Below, piece after piece: positions 28,070-42,309 of a DNA stretch of 64,000 nt (the first letter of the stretch is position 1; every line of letters begins with the position of its first letter). The notes beneath the pieces were generated by a model. The model made no database searches and was not told where the DNA came from. It saw only the letters and a list, made by a program, of their open reading frames with translations. Position numbers and translations under genes: made by a program. Origin of the DNA: Eledone cirrhosa (Eukaryota); the NCBI GenBank assembly GCA_964016885.1, contig CAXHJY010000406.1:1-64000 (forward strand), given 5' to 3'.

Positions 28070-28222
28070 TTCATTATTTCTGAAGACGGCATATGTATGT
28101 GTTGGTATGTATATTATATTTGATAATTTGTATAATTTTGTATAATTTTGTACATAGATCTGTTAAATATGCATACCAATTCTAACACATATATGTCCTA
28201 GAAACGATCGTTAAATAATGAA
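28070..28222 (+). ncRNA. Type I hammerhead ribozyme with extended stem II (family F)
   Basis: 10-bp stem I UUCAUUAUUU/AAAUAAUGAA; CUGAAGA; ~115 nt stem II; GAAA-CGAUCG-UU. Confidence 0.7.
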
Positions 28223-28419
28223 CTTTTTTTGTTTAATATAAGGAACTGTTTCATTGTTTTATTCATTATTTTTTTAATATTTTATCTTGACTCTGTCTTC
28301 CGTTTATCATTCACCGAAAGTGATTTTTGAATGCATCTCTTCTTTCCATGATATCCGGATTACATTGAGTTCTTCATACGGATTGGACACTACCGTAAAC
28401 TCTTGGTAGATTTATCTAC

Positions 28420-30110
<1,691 letters not shown>

Positions 30111-30111
30111 T

Positions 30112-32390
30112 CATCATCACCATCATCATCACCGTTTTACGTCCGTTCTTCCACGCTAGCATGGGTTAGACGGGTTGTCCTGTTGTGGGCAGTGTCTGGT
30201 CGGCTGACCATGCCTTGCTCATACAGGAACTGATCTGGCTTGATTTCTACAGCTGGATGCCCTTCCTAACACCAACCTCATTTACAGTGAGTGCTGGGTG
30301 CTTTTTCGTGGCGCCTACACGTCCACTTTACAGTGTGGGCTGGGTGCTTTTTTGCCGTGGCACCTCCACGGCCACCTTGCGGTGGGGGGGGGGGGGCATA
30401 TTGTTTATATGCTTCAGCATGTACCCATGGGAGGTCGGGTACCCTGTATTACTGCGTGACGCCAGAAGTCACGGTCGTGTGTCATTGACTTTGAGAGGTG
30501 TAGTTGGGTAAGGTCGGCTTTTATCACCTGATCCCAAGTCATCTTGGGTCTCCCCACTCCGCGGTTTCCATCAACTTCTAGTGCTCTGCACCTTTTTATG
30601 CAGCTGTCATCCTTCATACGCATCACATGTCCATACCAGCGTAACCGCCTCTCCTGCAAGCAGCATTTGATTCCTCTTATGCTCAGTCTCTCTCTCAATT
30701 CCTTTATGCTTTGTCGTTCACGTATATTACTGTTACACATCCATCGGAGCATGCAGGCTTCGTTTCTCTCTAATCTACGTAAGTCTTCCACCTTCAGCGC
30801 CCAGGTCTCACTACCATGCAACATCGCTGTTCGGATACACGCATCATACAGTCTGCCTTTCATTCTGAGGGAGAAGCCTTTTGCAGCTAGCAGTGGTAGT
30901 AGTTCCCTAAACTTCTTCCATCCCGTTCTTACCCTAGTTATTGTACTTTCTGAGCACCCACCTCTGTTGCTAATTCGGTCACCTAGGTAGCAGAAGCTGT
31001 CTACTGTTTCTACAGGGCCCTCCCAGAGATTGGTGGTACTTGTTTCCTGTGGCTGTTTGCTTGCTGTTTCAGCACAGCTGCTGCATGTGAATCCTACATT
31101 CTTAATTAAGCTTCCTGAGATCCCGCTACATCTCTTGTGTACCCATTGTTTGCATTTGGGGCAGAGAATGGAGTTCCTACCTACACCTTTCCTACATACT
31201 GAGCAAGGCCATTTCCCTGAGGGGATCTGGGTTCTGTTTTCTCGTCTACTTACAAGGACCTTAGTCTTTGTCATATTGACTTTGAGGCCCTTTCTCTCTA
31301 GTCCCTGCTTCCAGGTTTGGAATTTATTCTCTAGTTCTACCATAGATTCAGCTATGAGTGCGAGGTCATCAGCATACAGGAGTTCCCATGGGCATCCGGT
31401 CTTAAACTCCTCCGTTATTGCCTGCAGGACTATGATGAACAGGAGAGGGCTAAGAACAGAGCCCTGGTGGACCCCAACCTGTACGCTAAATTCCTCGCTA
31501 TACTCATTGCCAATCCTAACTTTGCTGACTGCTCCCCTATACATGGCTTGTACCGCTTTCACAAGCCATTCATCTACTCCTAGTTTTCTAAGCGCCCACC
31601 AGATTACTGCACGTGGAACTCTGTCAAAGGCTTTCTCAAGGTCGACAAATGCCAAGTAGAGTGGCTTACTTTTAGCTAGGTACTTTTCCTGTAATTGCCT
31701 CACAAGGAAGAGGGCATCAGTGGTGCCTTTCCCTGGTACAAACCCAAATTGCATCTCGTCTATATTCACCCGGTCCCTAATCAGCTGTGCTATAACTCTT
31801 TCTGTTACTTTCATGACCTGGTCCATCAACTTTATACCTCTATAGTTTCCTCTATCTAGTGCATCGCCTTTACCTTTGTAGCAGTTGACAATGATGCTAC
31901 TGCACCAATCTTTTGGTATGGCCCCCTCTAGTATTACCTGGTTAACGATACGTGTGGTTATAGTGTGACCTACAGACCCAGATGCCTTCAGCATCTCGGC
32001 AGCTATACCCGATGGACCGGTTGCCTTCCCTATCTTCATATCTCTGATTGCCTTACTTACTACGCTGCCGCTGACTTGTACTGCTGGTCCCTCTATAGGG
32101 TCTACGTGGGGTAGGGTCTCTTCTTCCCATGCATTCTCCTCATTTAGTAATCTATCATAATGACTCTTCCATGCATCTTTCTTCTCAGCACTTGTGAGGG
32201 CAAGCTCACCTTTATCATTCCGGATACACTTCTCTCCAATGACATCACAACTATCTCTGACACACTGCCTCGCAATCTTGAATACCTCCTGTTTCTGGTC
32301 CTCACGTTGTAAAACATGCTTGAATTTTCTATCCTCTGCTTCCCTCCTAGCTAAGTATACTTGTCGCCTAGCTTCCCTCTTGGTCTCTAT
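30112..32390 (-). mobile_element. RTE-clade LINE, 5'-truncated, RT frame open
   Basis: The non-IY part of ORF 30414-33365 (from ETKREARRQ) has intact RT motifs including LLYADD, the Cys-rich insert and [12 protein letters not shown]; (GAT)n tail. Confidence 0.95.
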
Positions 32391-32649
32391 GTAATATATA
32401 TATATATATAAATATATATATATAAATATATATATATATAAATATATATAAATAAAATATATATATATAAATATATATAAATATAAATATATATAAATAT
32501 ATATATATATAAATATATATATATATAAATATATATAAATAAATATATATATAAATAAATATATAAATATAAATATAAATATATATAAATAAATATATAT
32601 ATATAAATATATATATAAATATATATATATATATAAATATATATATATA

Positions 32650-32681
<32 letters not shown>

Positions 32682-33224
32682 AATATATATATATAAATAT
32701 ATATATAAATATATATATATAAATATATATATATAAATATATATATATAAATATATATATATAAATATATATATATAAATATATATATATAAATATATAT
32801 ATATAAATATATATATATAAATATATATATATAAATATATATATATAAATATATATATATATAAATATATATATATAAATATATATATATATTTATATAT
32901 ACATATAAATATATATATATATTTATATATACATATAAATATATATATATAAATATATATATATATAAATATAAATATATAAATATATATATATAAATAT
33001 AAATATATATAGATATATATATAAATAGATATATATATATAAATATAAATATATATAGATATATAAATATAGATATATAGATATATAAATATATATATAT
33101 AGATATATAAATATATATATATAGATATATAAATATATAGATATAGATATATAAATATATATATATAGATATATAAATATATATATATAGATATATAAAT
33201 ATATATATATAGATATATAAATAT

Positions 33225-33257
<33 letters not shown>

Positions 33258-33356
33258 AATATAAATATATATATATATATTTATATATAAATAAATATAT
33301 ATATATAAATGTATATAAATTATAGAATAATCAAAACTATGTTCAAAACATTTCAT

Positions 33357-33403
33357 TGCTGACAATTGTTTCTTCCAAACTTTCGTTTGGCATCATCGGA
33401 ACA
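33357..33403 (-). ncRNA. Hammerhead-like motif with CCGAUGA core (family B relative)
   Basis: Minus strand: UGUU-CCGAUGA-UGCCAAAC gaaa GUUUGGAA-GAAA-CAAUUG-UC-AGCA; downstream sequence resembles that after 13375. Confidence 0.6.
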
Positions 33404-33901
33404 CTAGCAAAGATTAGACATAATTAACGTCCTATTTCACAGAACAATTGCAAAGATACATAGATATTAGTGTTGTCATTAACAGTGTCATGTTTAAAGA
33501 GTGAAGATGATGTGGTCAGTATCAGTGGGTGTGACAAATATTATAAAAGAATAATACAACAATGCTCAGTGATTCATTGGCCTGATTTGCACATTAGCAG
33601 ACTGGCTGATCAGTCAGATCTGCATATTAGCAGATCCACTGATCAGCCAGATTTGCATATCAGCAGACTGGCCAGTCAGTTTCCTGTACTCGAGCGATAA
33701 ATGGCCGGCTTTGTTGGCATATGAACAGAACTGCACCCAGAAACATTAGTGTCTGCAGTTCTGTTCACATGCCAACACAAGAGCAAGAATGAAGGGTTCA
33801 TTCTTCTGACATGGCTATAAAATTGTAAAATTGAGGCTTGTTTGCATAATTGCAAAGGAATCGAATGTTATTATTAATATTCGAAAAGTTCAGATTACAA
33901 T

Positions 33902-33938
<37 letters not shown>

Positions 33939-34259
33939 ACCCATGTCGGATGGTCTGTATCTCTCGTCCATGAATTCACCAAGCTTAAGCTTATAGATAT
34001 CATGTACTTGTCTCTTCCTATCTTTCCGTTGCAATACCATCTTCGTTTGTTTACATGTCTCGCTCGCTTCACCCTATTTTACTTGTCCCAATAACTGTAT
34101 TTAGTTATTGCTAACACCAACCAGAGGTATATGATTTTTAAAGCAATGAAATACCAATGAAGGTTGGAAGATCACTGATGAAGGACTAATTTTATTCATA
34201 TGTAACCCATGTGCAACCACGCAGCACTCCATTTTTCTTTATATATATATAAATATATG

Positions 34260-34722
34260 TTGAAATCGATACGAGACTGGGTATAGACATGAGCGACGAG
34301 TCATCTTTTCCCTCACACATCATGAAAATGGCAACAATGTGCAGACGACTCGCTGGCTTGGTCTTGAGGACTTTCCAGACAAGAGAACGCGAGACCATGT
34401 TGACACTATGGAGGATATTTGTCCTAAGCCACCTGGACTATTGCTCCCAGCTGTGGTCATCCCATAGTGTCAAACTAACCACGGAGCTTGAGGCAATCCA
34501 GCGAAGCTACACCAAGAGGATTGCGATGATGAAGGAGATAAGCTACTGAGAGAAGCTAAAAGGAATGAACCTCTACTCCTTGGAACGAAGATGGTAGAGA
34601 TACGCAGTGATCTACATGTGGAAAATCCTGAAGGGACTAGCACCAAACTTTGGCATTGGGAGCTGGACCAACCCCACCGAACAGGACGTCACTGTGTAGT
34701 GCCAAAGGTCCTGTCTTCCACA
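34260..34722 (+). mobile_element. CR1-group LINE ORF2 3' fragment
   Basis: MSDESSFPSHIMK...LDYCSQLWS matches the C-terminal part of the 56.9 kb ORF2. Confidence 0.85.
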
Positions 34723-35460
34723 TACAGCACTTTATTCACCGCATGCAGTTCTCTGGTTATAACCAAAGAGACAGGATCAGGGTGTACAAAGGAGCTATGG
34801 CTAAATTCAAAACCACTATGGAGAATGATATGAATGGGATTTTCCCACGATACAGGAGCAAATCATGCAATAGCATAGAAAGGACTAAGAAAAAGATAGG
34901 TAAGGCCAGCTCATGGTATAACAGCCAAAATTATCAGAGTGTCATGTTCGTCGATGCTATCCCTAGAGGCAAACTAGCGTTTCACTTCGGAAGAGCTTTA
35001 GAAAAAATGAACCTTTGGATTAAAGTAGAAAAACCAAAAGCTCCCATAAAATCCAGGATCAGTAGGACATACCTCTTTAAGAAAAAACACTGTAGTGATA
35101 TAAACTGTATAGTCTGTAAGATAAGCACAGAGATAAACTGTAAAACTAGAAATGTAATCTCTAGGATATGATGTACAGAGGGACAATGTATAAAGATAAT
35201 GACATACATAGGAGAGGTAGCCTGATTAAAGAAACACTGGTGAGAATTTAAGGAGGAGAAAAGCTCATCAGAACTATACCAACATGCAAAACTAGAACAC
35301 AAAGTCTCAATAGATAACATAGAAATAAAGATCTATCCATACATAGACTGACGCAACTCTCAGACAAATTACAGAAATTACTCATAATAAAAGATAGTCG
35401 TAGCCTGAAGAGAAAACACTAGTGGAATAGTAACAACTACCAACATGATGACTGAAGACA
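34723..35460 (+). mobile_element. Penelope-like ORF remnant (post-RT linker, Cys cluster, degenerate GIY-YIG)
   Basis: RMQFSGY...SVMFVDAIP...CSDINCIVC...NCKTRNV...C...TYIGE pattern. Confidence 0.65.
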
Positions 35461-35810
35461 GAATAAAGTCACAAACAAGAAAAAAAAACAGACATTAAAA
35501 CAGCAAATGATACAAAGTCACACAGACATGACAAACAAAAACACACACACAGACACAAACACATGCACGGACACAAAACACAAAAAAAAATGCACCACAA
35601 AACAAAGACAAGATGGAGTAGAAGTTTAAGATCAGGAAAAAAAAGGAAGCACAAAACATAACCATTGAGGGGGTCACAGAATGCGTGACAAAAGAACTTT
35701 GATAAACACATAAATAACGAACAATAAAGATACAGTGAAAATTATATGGTGCATGTGTTTCTTTCTATTGGCAATATGATCACACACCCCCCCCCCCCCC
35801 CAAATATAAC

Positions 35811-35841
<31 letters not shown>

Positions 35842-36749
35842 GTTAAAAAAATGAAATGAATCCAGAGATGAAGCAAAATCCAAAAGGACAAGTAAGGTTT
35901 TTTTTAATTTTTTTTTTATTTCAAAGCCATTTTTAAACAATGATAATTATAATAGGTGAAAATGATTTTCAAAAGGAAGTCTGATCTTGTAAACCATAAT
36001 TAAAGTTTTTTGTGTTTTTTTTAGTGTTTTACTTTCTAAAAAAGGCAAAGCTAGTTTTTCTATTGTGCTGTTTTTATAAACAACATGACAAGAGACAATC
36101 ATGGTAAAGTTTGAAATAAATAAAAATGAAGAGCAAAACCACTTGGCAAGGGAAGGAGGCTAATTTGTAACATAAATAATTAACAAAATTAGAATTAATT
36201 AAATCTGTTAAGTTGGTTTGGATTTATTGGACAATTTGTAAGTCACTGAAAAACCCAAACTCAAATCATGCTGTACATTAATATTTTCCAAAGTTGGTTC
36301 AAAGGAATGCCAGTGTTCTATGAGATAAGGTGTCTTTCAATAAAATTTTATTTAAAAAAAAATTATGAAACCTTTTTTTCATATGAATAAGGTGATGGGG
36401 ATGGTCTATTGGTCTATAAAAAAAAGTATGGTTCTGCATGACAAAATAAACTTAGGAATCACTGGCCTACAACATCAGGTGAATGCAGGTTGCACCAATT
36501 TATACAGAAGAAATGAGTTAACCTGAAAAATACATTCTTGAATCACAAATACATAGCCACTTTGCAGCACAATGTAGTAATACAAAATTCTACTGTTTCT
36601 ACCTTACTCAAAATAATTGCCAAAGATGATCTTTCTCAATGTGAAATGCTCAGATTCCATGAAATAGGGCATCTTTTAATAAAACTTGATAAAAATCTAT
36701 CATGATTTTGATATGAATAAATAATCCTCTCTCTAAAACAATATTGAAT

Positions 36750-38960
36750 TGATGGGCGTGACGAGTAGTGTCAATATGCCAGTGAAGGACAAAAGCGGTA
36801 AGACATTGACCACTGGAGCAGAACAAGACCAGAGATTGATGGAGCACTTCCGGGAGACGCTGAACCAACCAGCTCCATTCACCCTGAGAGACTCCAACAA
36901 TCACTGCAGTACTCAAAGTCTGCAAGGACCAAATCACCAAGCACGAGACGAGAGATGCAATCAACAACTTAAAGAACAGCAAAGCGTGCAGATGAGATCT
37001 GCACACAGTTCCTCAAATTTGGTGAAGATAGCATAACAGCATTGACAAACTTGATAAACTGCTGCAGGAGGGTCGGTCAAGTTCCTCTTGAGTGGCAGTG
37101 TGGTTTCATCGTCAAACTGCGAAAGAAGGGAAACCTGGCCGACTGCAACAACTGGTGTGGCATCACATTGCTGTCAGTCTCAGGCAAGACTTTCTGCACT
37201 GTCGACTCTGACAAGCTGTCGACTGTGCTCCTGGAAAAATAAGCTGGATTCCAAAACAACCGATCTTGCACTGAACAGTCCTTCACACTACACAACATCC
37301 TTGCACTGAACAGTCCTTCATACTACACAACATCCTTGAACAGTGTTGAACTCCAGCAACTTTTGGCAGTCAACTTCATTGATTTCCAGAAGGCGTTTGA
37401 CAGAATGCACCAGGAATTGCCAAAAAGACCAAGGTGATGAGAACAGCCAACAACACAGGTCCAGCAATCAGAGTCAACGAACAAGACCTGGAAAAAGTCG
37501 ATCACTTCACATATCTGGGCAGTATCCTGGTAAACAATGGTGATGCAGAGCTCGACATCAACTGTCGGATCGGCAAAGGAGCCGCAGTTTTCCAGCGGTT
37601 GCACCCAGTCTGGTCGTCTTCATGCATCAACACCAGGACTAAACTGCCCCTGTACAACAGCATCGTACTGCCGACAGTGCTTAACATGAGCAAAACCTGG
37701 AAGAGCACGACAAAGATGGAGAGCTGAATGCATTCCACCAGCGGGGCCTGCAAATGATCCTTCGTGTGATGGCGCGACCGAGTGTGAAACGAGGAAATTC
37801 TGTGGAGAGCCGAGTTGTGAATGCTGCAGAGGATGGTCACGGAACACCGATACCACCTGGCTGGCCATATTTAGCGCCTGTCCAACAAACGATACTCGAA
37901 AACGGTGATGAACTGTACTCCCTTGGTGGCAAACGGAAGCGGGGTTGCTCCAGGATCACCTGGTGATGAACTGTACTCCCTTGGTGGCAAACGGAAGCGG
38001 GGTTGCTCCAGGATCACCTGGTGATGAACTGTACTCCCTTGGTGGCAAACGGAAGCGGGGTTGCTCCAGGATCACCTGGTGATGAACTGTACTCCCTTGG
38101 TGGCAAACGGAAGCGGGGTTGCTCCAGGATCACCTGGTGATGAACTGTACTCCCTTGGTGGCAAACGGAAGCGGGGTTGCTCCAGGATCACCTGGTGATG
38201 AACTGTACTCCCTTGGTGGCAAACGGAAGCGGGGTTGCTCCAGGATCACCTGGTGATGAACTGTACTCCCTTGGTGGCAAACGGAAGCGGGGTTGCTCCA
38301 GGATCACCTGGTGATGAACTGTACTCCCTTGGTGGCAAACGGAAGCGGGGTTGCTCCAGGATCACCTGGTGATGAACTGTACTCCCTTGGTGGCAAACGG
38401 AAGCGGGGTTGCTCCAGGATCACCTGGTGATGAACTGTACTCCCTTGGTGGCAAACGGAAGCGGGGTTGCTCCAGGATCACCTGGTGATGAACTGTACTC
38501 CCTTGGTGGCAAACGGAAGCGGGGTTGCTCCAGGATCACCTGGTGATGAACTGTACTCCCTTGGTGGCAAACGGAAGCGGGGTTGCTCCAGGATCACCTG
38601 GTGATGAACTGTACTCCCTTGGTGGCAAACGGAAGCGGGGTTGCTCCAGGATCACCTGGTGATGAACTGTACTCCCTTGGTGGCAAACGGAAGCGGGGTT
38701 GCTCCAGGATCACCTGGTGATGAACTGTACTCCCTTGGTGGCAAACGGAAGCGGGGTTGCCCCAGGATCACCTGGTGATGAACTGTACTCCCTTGGTGGC
38801 AAACGGAAGCAGGGTTGCTCCAGGATCACCTGGTGACGAATGTTCCCAAAAGACCTGATGGCAGTCAACATCACTTGGCACAAACGCGAAAAAGCCACCA
38901 CTGATGTGATTGTTGATGACTACTTACTGCTCAATGCACCGAGGAACCAAAGACTAAGAT
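36750..38960 (+). mobile_element. Old degenerate RTE-clade LINE (second RTE family) containing a tandem array
   Basis: Fragments PVKDKSGKTLT, KKGNLADCNNWCGITLLS, FIDFQKAFD, VDHFTYLGS, GKRKRGCSRITW. Confidence 0.8.
37904..38836 (+). repeat. Tandem array, 16 x 58 bp, almost invariant
   Basis: Unit GGTGATGAACTGTACTCCCTTGGTGGCAAACGGAAGCGGGGTTGCTCCAGGATCACCT; starts at 37904, 37962 ... final GGTGA at 38832. Confidence 0.97.
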
Positions 38961-39885
38961 ATATAGCATTTAACTATTGCTTTCCTTGCTCATGATAGAC
39001 CAAGTCAGTATATAATTGATGTTACAGATACCCGAAACAGACAGGAGCCCTGCATCTTGTTTAAATAGGTGTACATTTTATCACAACCACAACATTTTTG
39101 TAAATTTTCATTGAATCTATCTGTGATTTACACTCCATTGAAATAGATTAAGAGATACTCTAGAGTTCATGTGTTTTGTCAAAACACACATACACAGATA
39201 CACAGATACACACAAACCAACATAAGGTAGTGAATTGTTATGGTTTCGGTTTAAATATGTTGTGGTATTTATTCAGGCTCTGTGCTCTGAGTTCAAATTT
39301 TATGGTGATCAACTTTGTCTTTCATGGCAGTGGAATGGCTGAATTGTTAGCGATGCTTTTTGTATCATTTCAAATATTTTGCATTTGAAATTCAAATAAT
39401 GTACTCAATACAAGGTTTTATTCATTTATTGGTATTACAGAAAGAGACAGAAAGAGATGGACAGAGACGTGGGATGGGGTAAAGGCCTCCACCACCTACA
39501 CATTCAACAAATGGAATATATTCAGTACAAAACAAGTTGAAAGATTTGTGAACTATTGAGGTCACTGAGCTGAAAATAATAGCAGAGACATGACTTTGAC
39601 AATCCCATTTATGAAGTTGTTTGTGGTGGCTCTGTGACTATGATAGTAGCAATGATAGTGGTGGTAGGAGTAGACAAAGTAGTGGCATTGGTGGAGTGGT
39701 GGTTTAAGTATCACTGATAAGATGAAGTGGAGAAGTGGTGGTGGCAGGGATAGTAATCACAATAGCAGTGATTGTATAGTGACTGTGATAGTAATGATAA
39801 TGGTGGCAATAGTAAAGTAGCATTAATATTTTTCAATGAAAGAATCTTTCAGTTACCATCAGAATCAATCAGTTACCAGTGTATT

Positions 39886-39938
<53 letters not shown>

Positions 39939-39939
39939 A

Positions 39940-42265
39940 TGGAAAAATTTGAACAGGGACAAAACAGAGAGGCAGTACAATAAATGTTTATTAATTTCAC
40001 GCTCAGGAGAGTGGGGGGTAGGTGGGGGACGACGTTTCGGGCATAAGCCCTTCCTCAGGTGAGAAGTGTGTGGGAACAGAGTTCAAAAGGTGTGTAGGGG
40101 AGTGGTGGAGAGACATATAGCGAAAGGAAACGGTGCGAATGAAAAATTAACAAATAAAGATAAAAAATAAAAATAAAGCATGATCAAAATACAAGGAATG
40201 AGAAAATTTAAAAATAAAGGCATGATCAAAATAAACTGAAATTAAAAGGGGGGTAAACAGGTGGTGGAAGGGTGTGGGGTGAGTAGGAGTGGTGGCGGGT
40301 GGAGTGGGGAGAGGGAGACGGGGTGTCCGAGCGGGGATGGCTGAAGGTGGTGTGTGTGTGTGTAGGTGTGCGTGTGCGTGTGTGTGTGTGAAAGTAAGGG
40401 TTGGGGGAAGAACGGGGTTGCATGTTCAGGAAGAGGTGTGTGTGGGGAGTGTTTTTGTGGATCGGAGTGTCTGTGCGTGTGTGGATAGGGGGGTGGGGGG
40501 AGAGGAATCAGGAGGCTGAGGGTGTAAATATGTGGTGGGAAGCACGTGTGTGTGGGGTTTAAGCGTGTTGTGGTGTGGGTGGCGTGTGGAGAAAAAAATT
40601 TTTTTGGGATGTGTGTGGGTGAGTTATATAGGTGATGACGTAAAAGGATGGTTGAAAAGTTGGTAAGTTCCAAGGATGTTTGGAGGATTGGTTATAAGTC
40701 AATTTCTGCGTGTGGGTAATCCATGAAGCGGTGGTCGGAAGAGGAGAGATGTGGGGTGCGCGCACAACAGGAAGTGGTCAGCAGTGGGAGTGCTGTGGTC
40801 TGTTGGTGCTGGGAGGTGGTCAGAAGGGCATAGCAGCAGTCGGTGGAATGGTAAGGGGGCGAGGATGGGTAGGTGTGAAAGTTGGAGTGAGGAGGGTGTG
40901 TGTGTGTGTGTGTGTATATTAGTAGGGGTGTTAGTGGGATGAGTGAGTGTGGAGCGGGGGTGTGGGTGGAGCGGGGAGAGAAGGGTGTGTGTGGTTCTAT
41001 GGAGGGAGTGTGGTGTACTGGTGTGTGTGTAGTTTGGTGAAGAGGTGTTAGTGGGTGTTAGTATACGGGAGGTGGGGAGGGGTTGAATGCAGGTGTGAGT
41101 GGGGGTTAGTGGTGGTAGGGTGTGTAGAGTTGGTGGTGTACGAGGGTGTGTGGGTACGTGTGCATGGGGTTGGGGGTGTTAGTGATGTTAGTTGCGTGTG
41201 GGGTGGGTGGTGTAAGTGGGTGCGTGTGTGCGTGTGATAAGGAGGGGGGAGGAGGAGAAGAGGGGAGGGAAGGGATGTTAGTATGTTAGTTGGGGAAGGG
41301 TGGTCAGATGAGGGGAGGAGTGGAGGTGTTAGTATTGTTAGTGTGGGGTGGGCGGTGAAAAGGAGGGGTGTGTTAGTGGTGTTAGTGGGGGATAAGTGTG
41401 TGTGTGGGGGGGGGGTCGAACGCTAAAGGAATAAGGGTGGGGAGTTCAGGCCGGGGGGAGTGTGGGTCTGTAAGATGAAGATAGTGCGTTGTTCGACCGT
41501 AAGGCGATGGGCGGGTGTTCCGTGGCACTGGAGTAGGCCACAGACTGTGAGATGGCGTGCGGAGTGTCCAGGGCCACCAAAGTGGCGGGCGATGGGGGAA
41601 CTGCCCCCGAGACGAATATCCCGGAGGTGCTCCGTGACTCGGTCCGCCAGGCGACATCCCGTCTGTCCGACATAAGTCGCGCTGCACTCCGTGCAACAAA
41701 GTCCGTAGACTAGGTTGGAGGAGGTGCAGCGGAAGGCATGCCGGACCGAGAGAGAGTGGCCGTTGGGACCCTGGAAGGTGGTGGTGTTGGTGATGTGGGG
41801 ACAGGTGTTGCAGCGGGGCCTAGAACAGGGAAAGGAACCGGGGGGGGGGGAACAGAGCGTGGGTTGGGGGGTAGGGAGCTGTGGACGAGGAGGGTGCGGA
41901 GATTGCGTGCGCGTTTGAAGGAGGGGAGTGGTGGGGTTGGGAAGATGTGGGAGGTGGAGGGGTCGGACTGGAGGCGTCAGAAGAGGCGGCGGATGGTGCG
42001 GTGGAGGGGTAAGGTGGAGGGGTGGTAGGTGATGGGGAGACGGTGGGTGGGTGTGCGGTGGCGTGGGGTGAGGGTGGTGGAGCGGGGGATAGCACGGGCG
42101 CAGGTGAGAGCGGTGTAGACGAGAGAGGGGGGGTAACCTCTGCGGATGAAATGGCTGACTAGGGAAAGGGCCTGGGACTCGAAGTCAGCATCACGGCTAC
42201 AGAGGTGGCGGATCCTGAGAAGTTGGGAGTAGGGAATGGAGTGTTTAGTGTGGGAGGTGGGAAGA
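39940..42265 (-). mobile_element. 5'-truncated Penelope-like element (RT thumb + GIY-YIG + long 3' region + HHR)
   Basis: HSIPYSQLLRIRHLCS...RRGYP; NLVYGLCCTECSATYVGQTGCRLADRVTEH...PPGLN (GIY-YIG, stop near 41423); HHR core at 40028-40062. Confidence 0.88.
40028..40062 (-). ncRNA. Minimal hammerhead core in the PLE terminal region
   Basis: CUGAGGA-AGGGC uuau GCCC-GAAA-CGUCG-UC; stem I is poorly paired. Confidence 0.55.
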
Positions 42266-42309
42266 GGTGAAGTCGAGGTAAGAGTGGGAGTCGGTGGGTT
42301 TGCTCTTTC

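Noticed and set aside
32391-33365. N-terminal 320 aa of the 983-aa ORF, suggesting a fusion protein
   Set aside because: Chance in-frame read-through of a TA array into a truncated RTE
34170-34240. CTGATGA motif
   Set aside because: No stem II/GAAA/stem I partner
37904-38836. CRISPR-like regular array
   Set aside because: No unique spacers; head-to-tail identical units derived from LINE sequence; eukaryotic context
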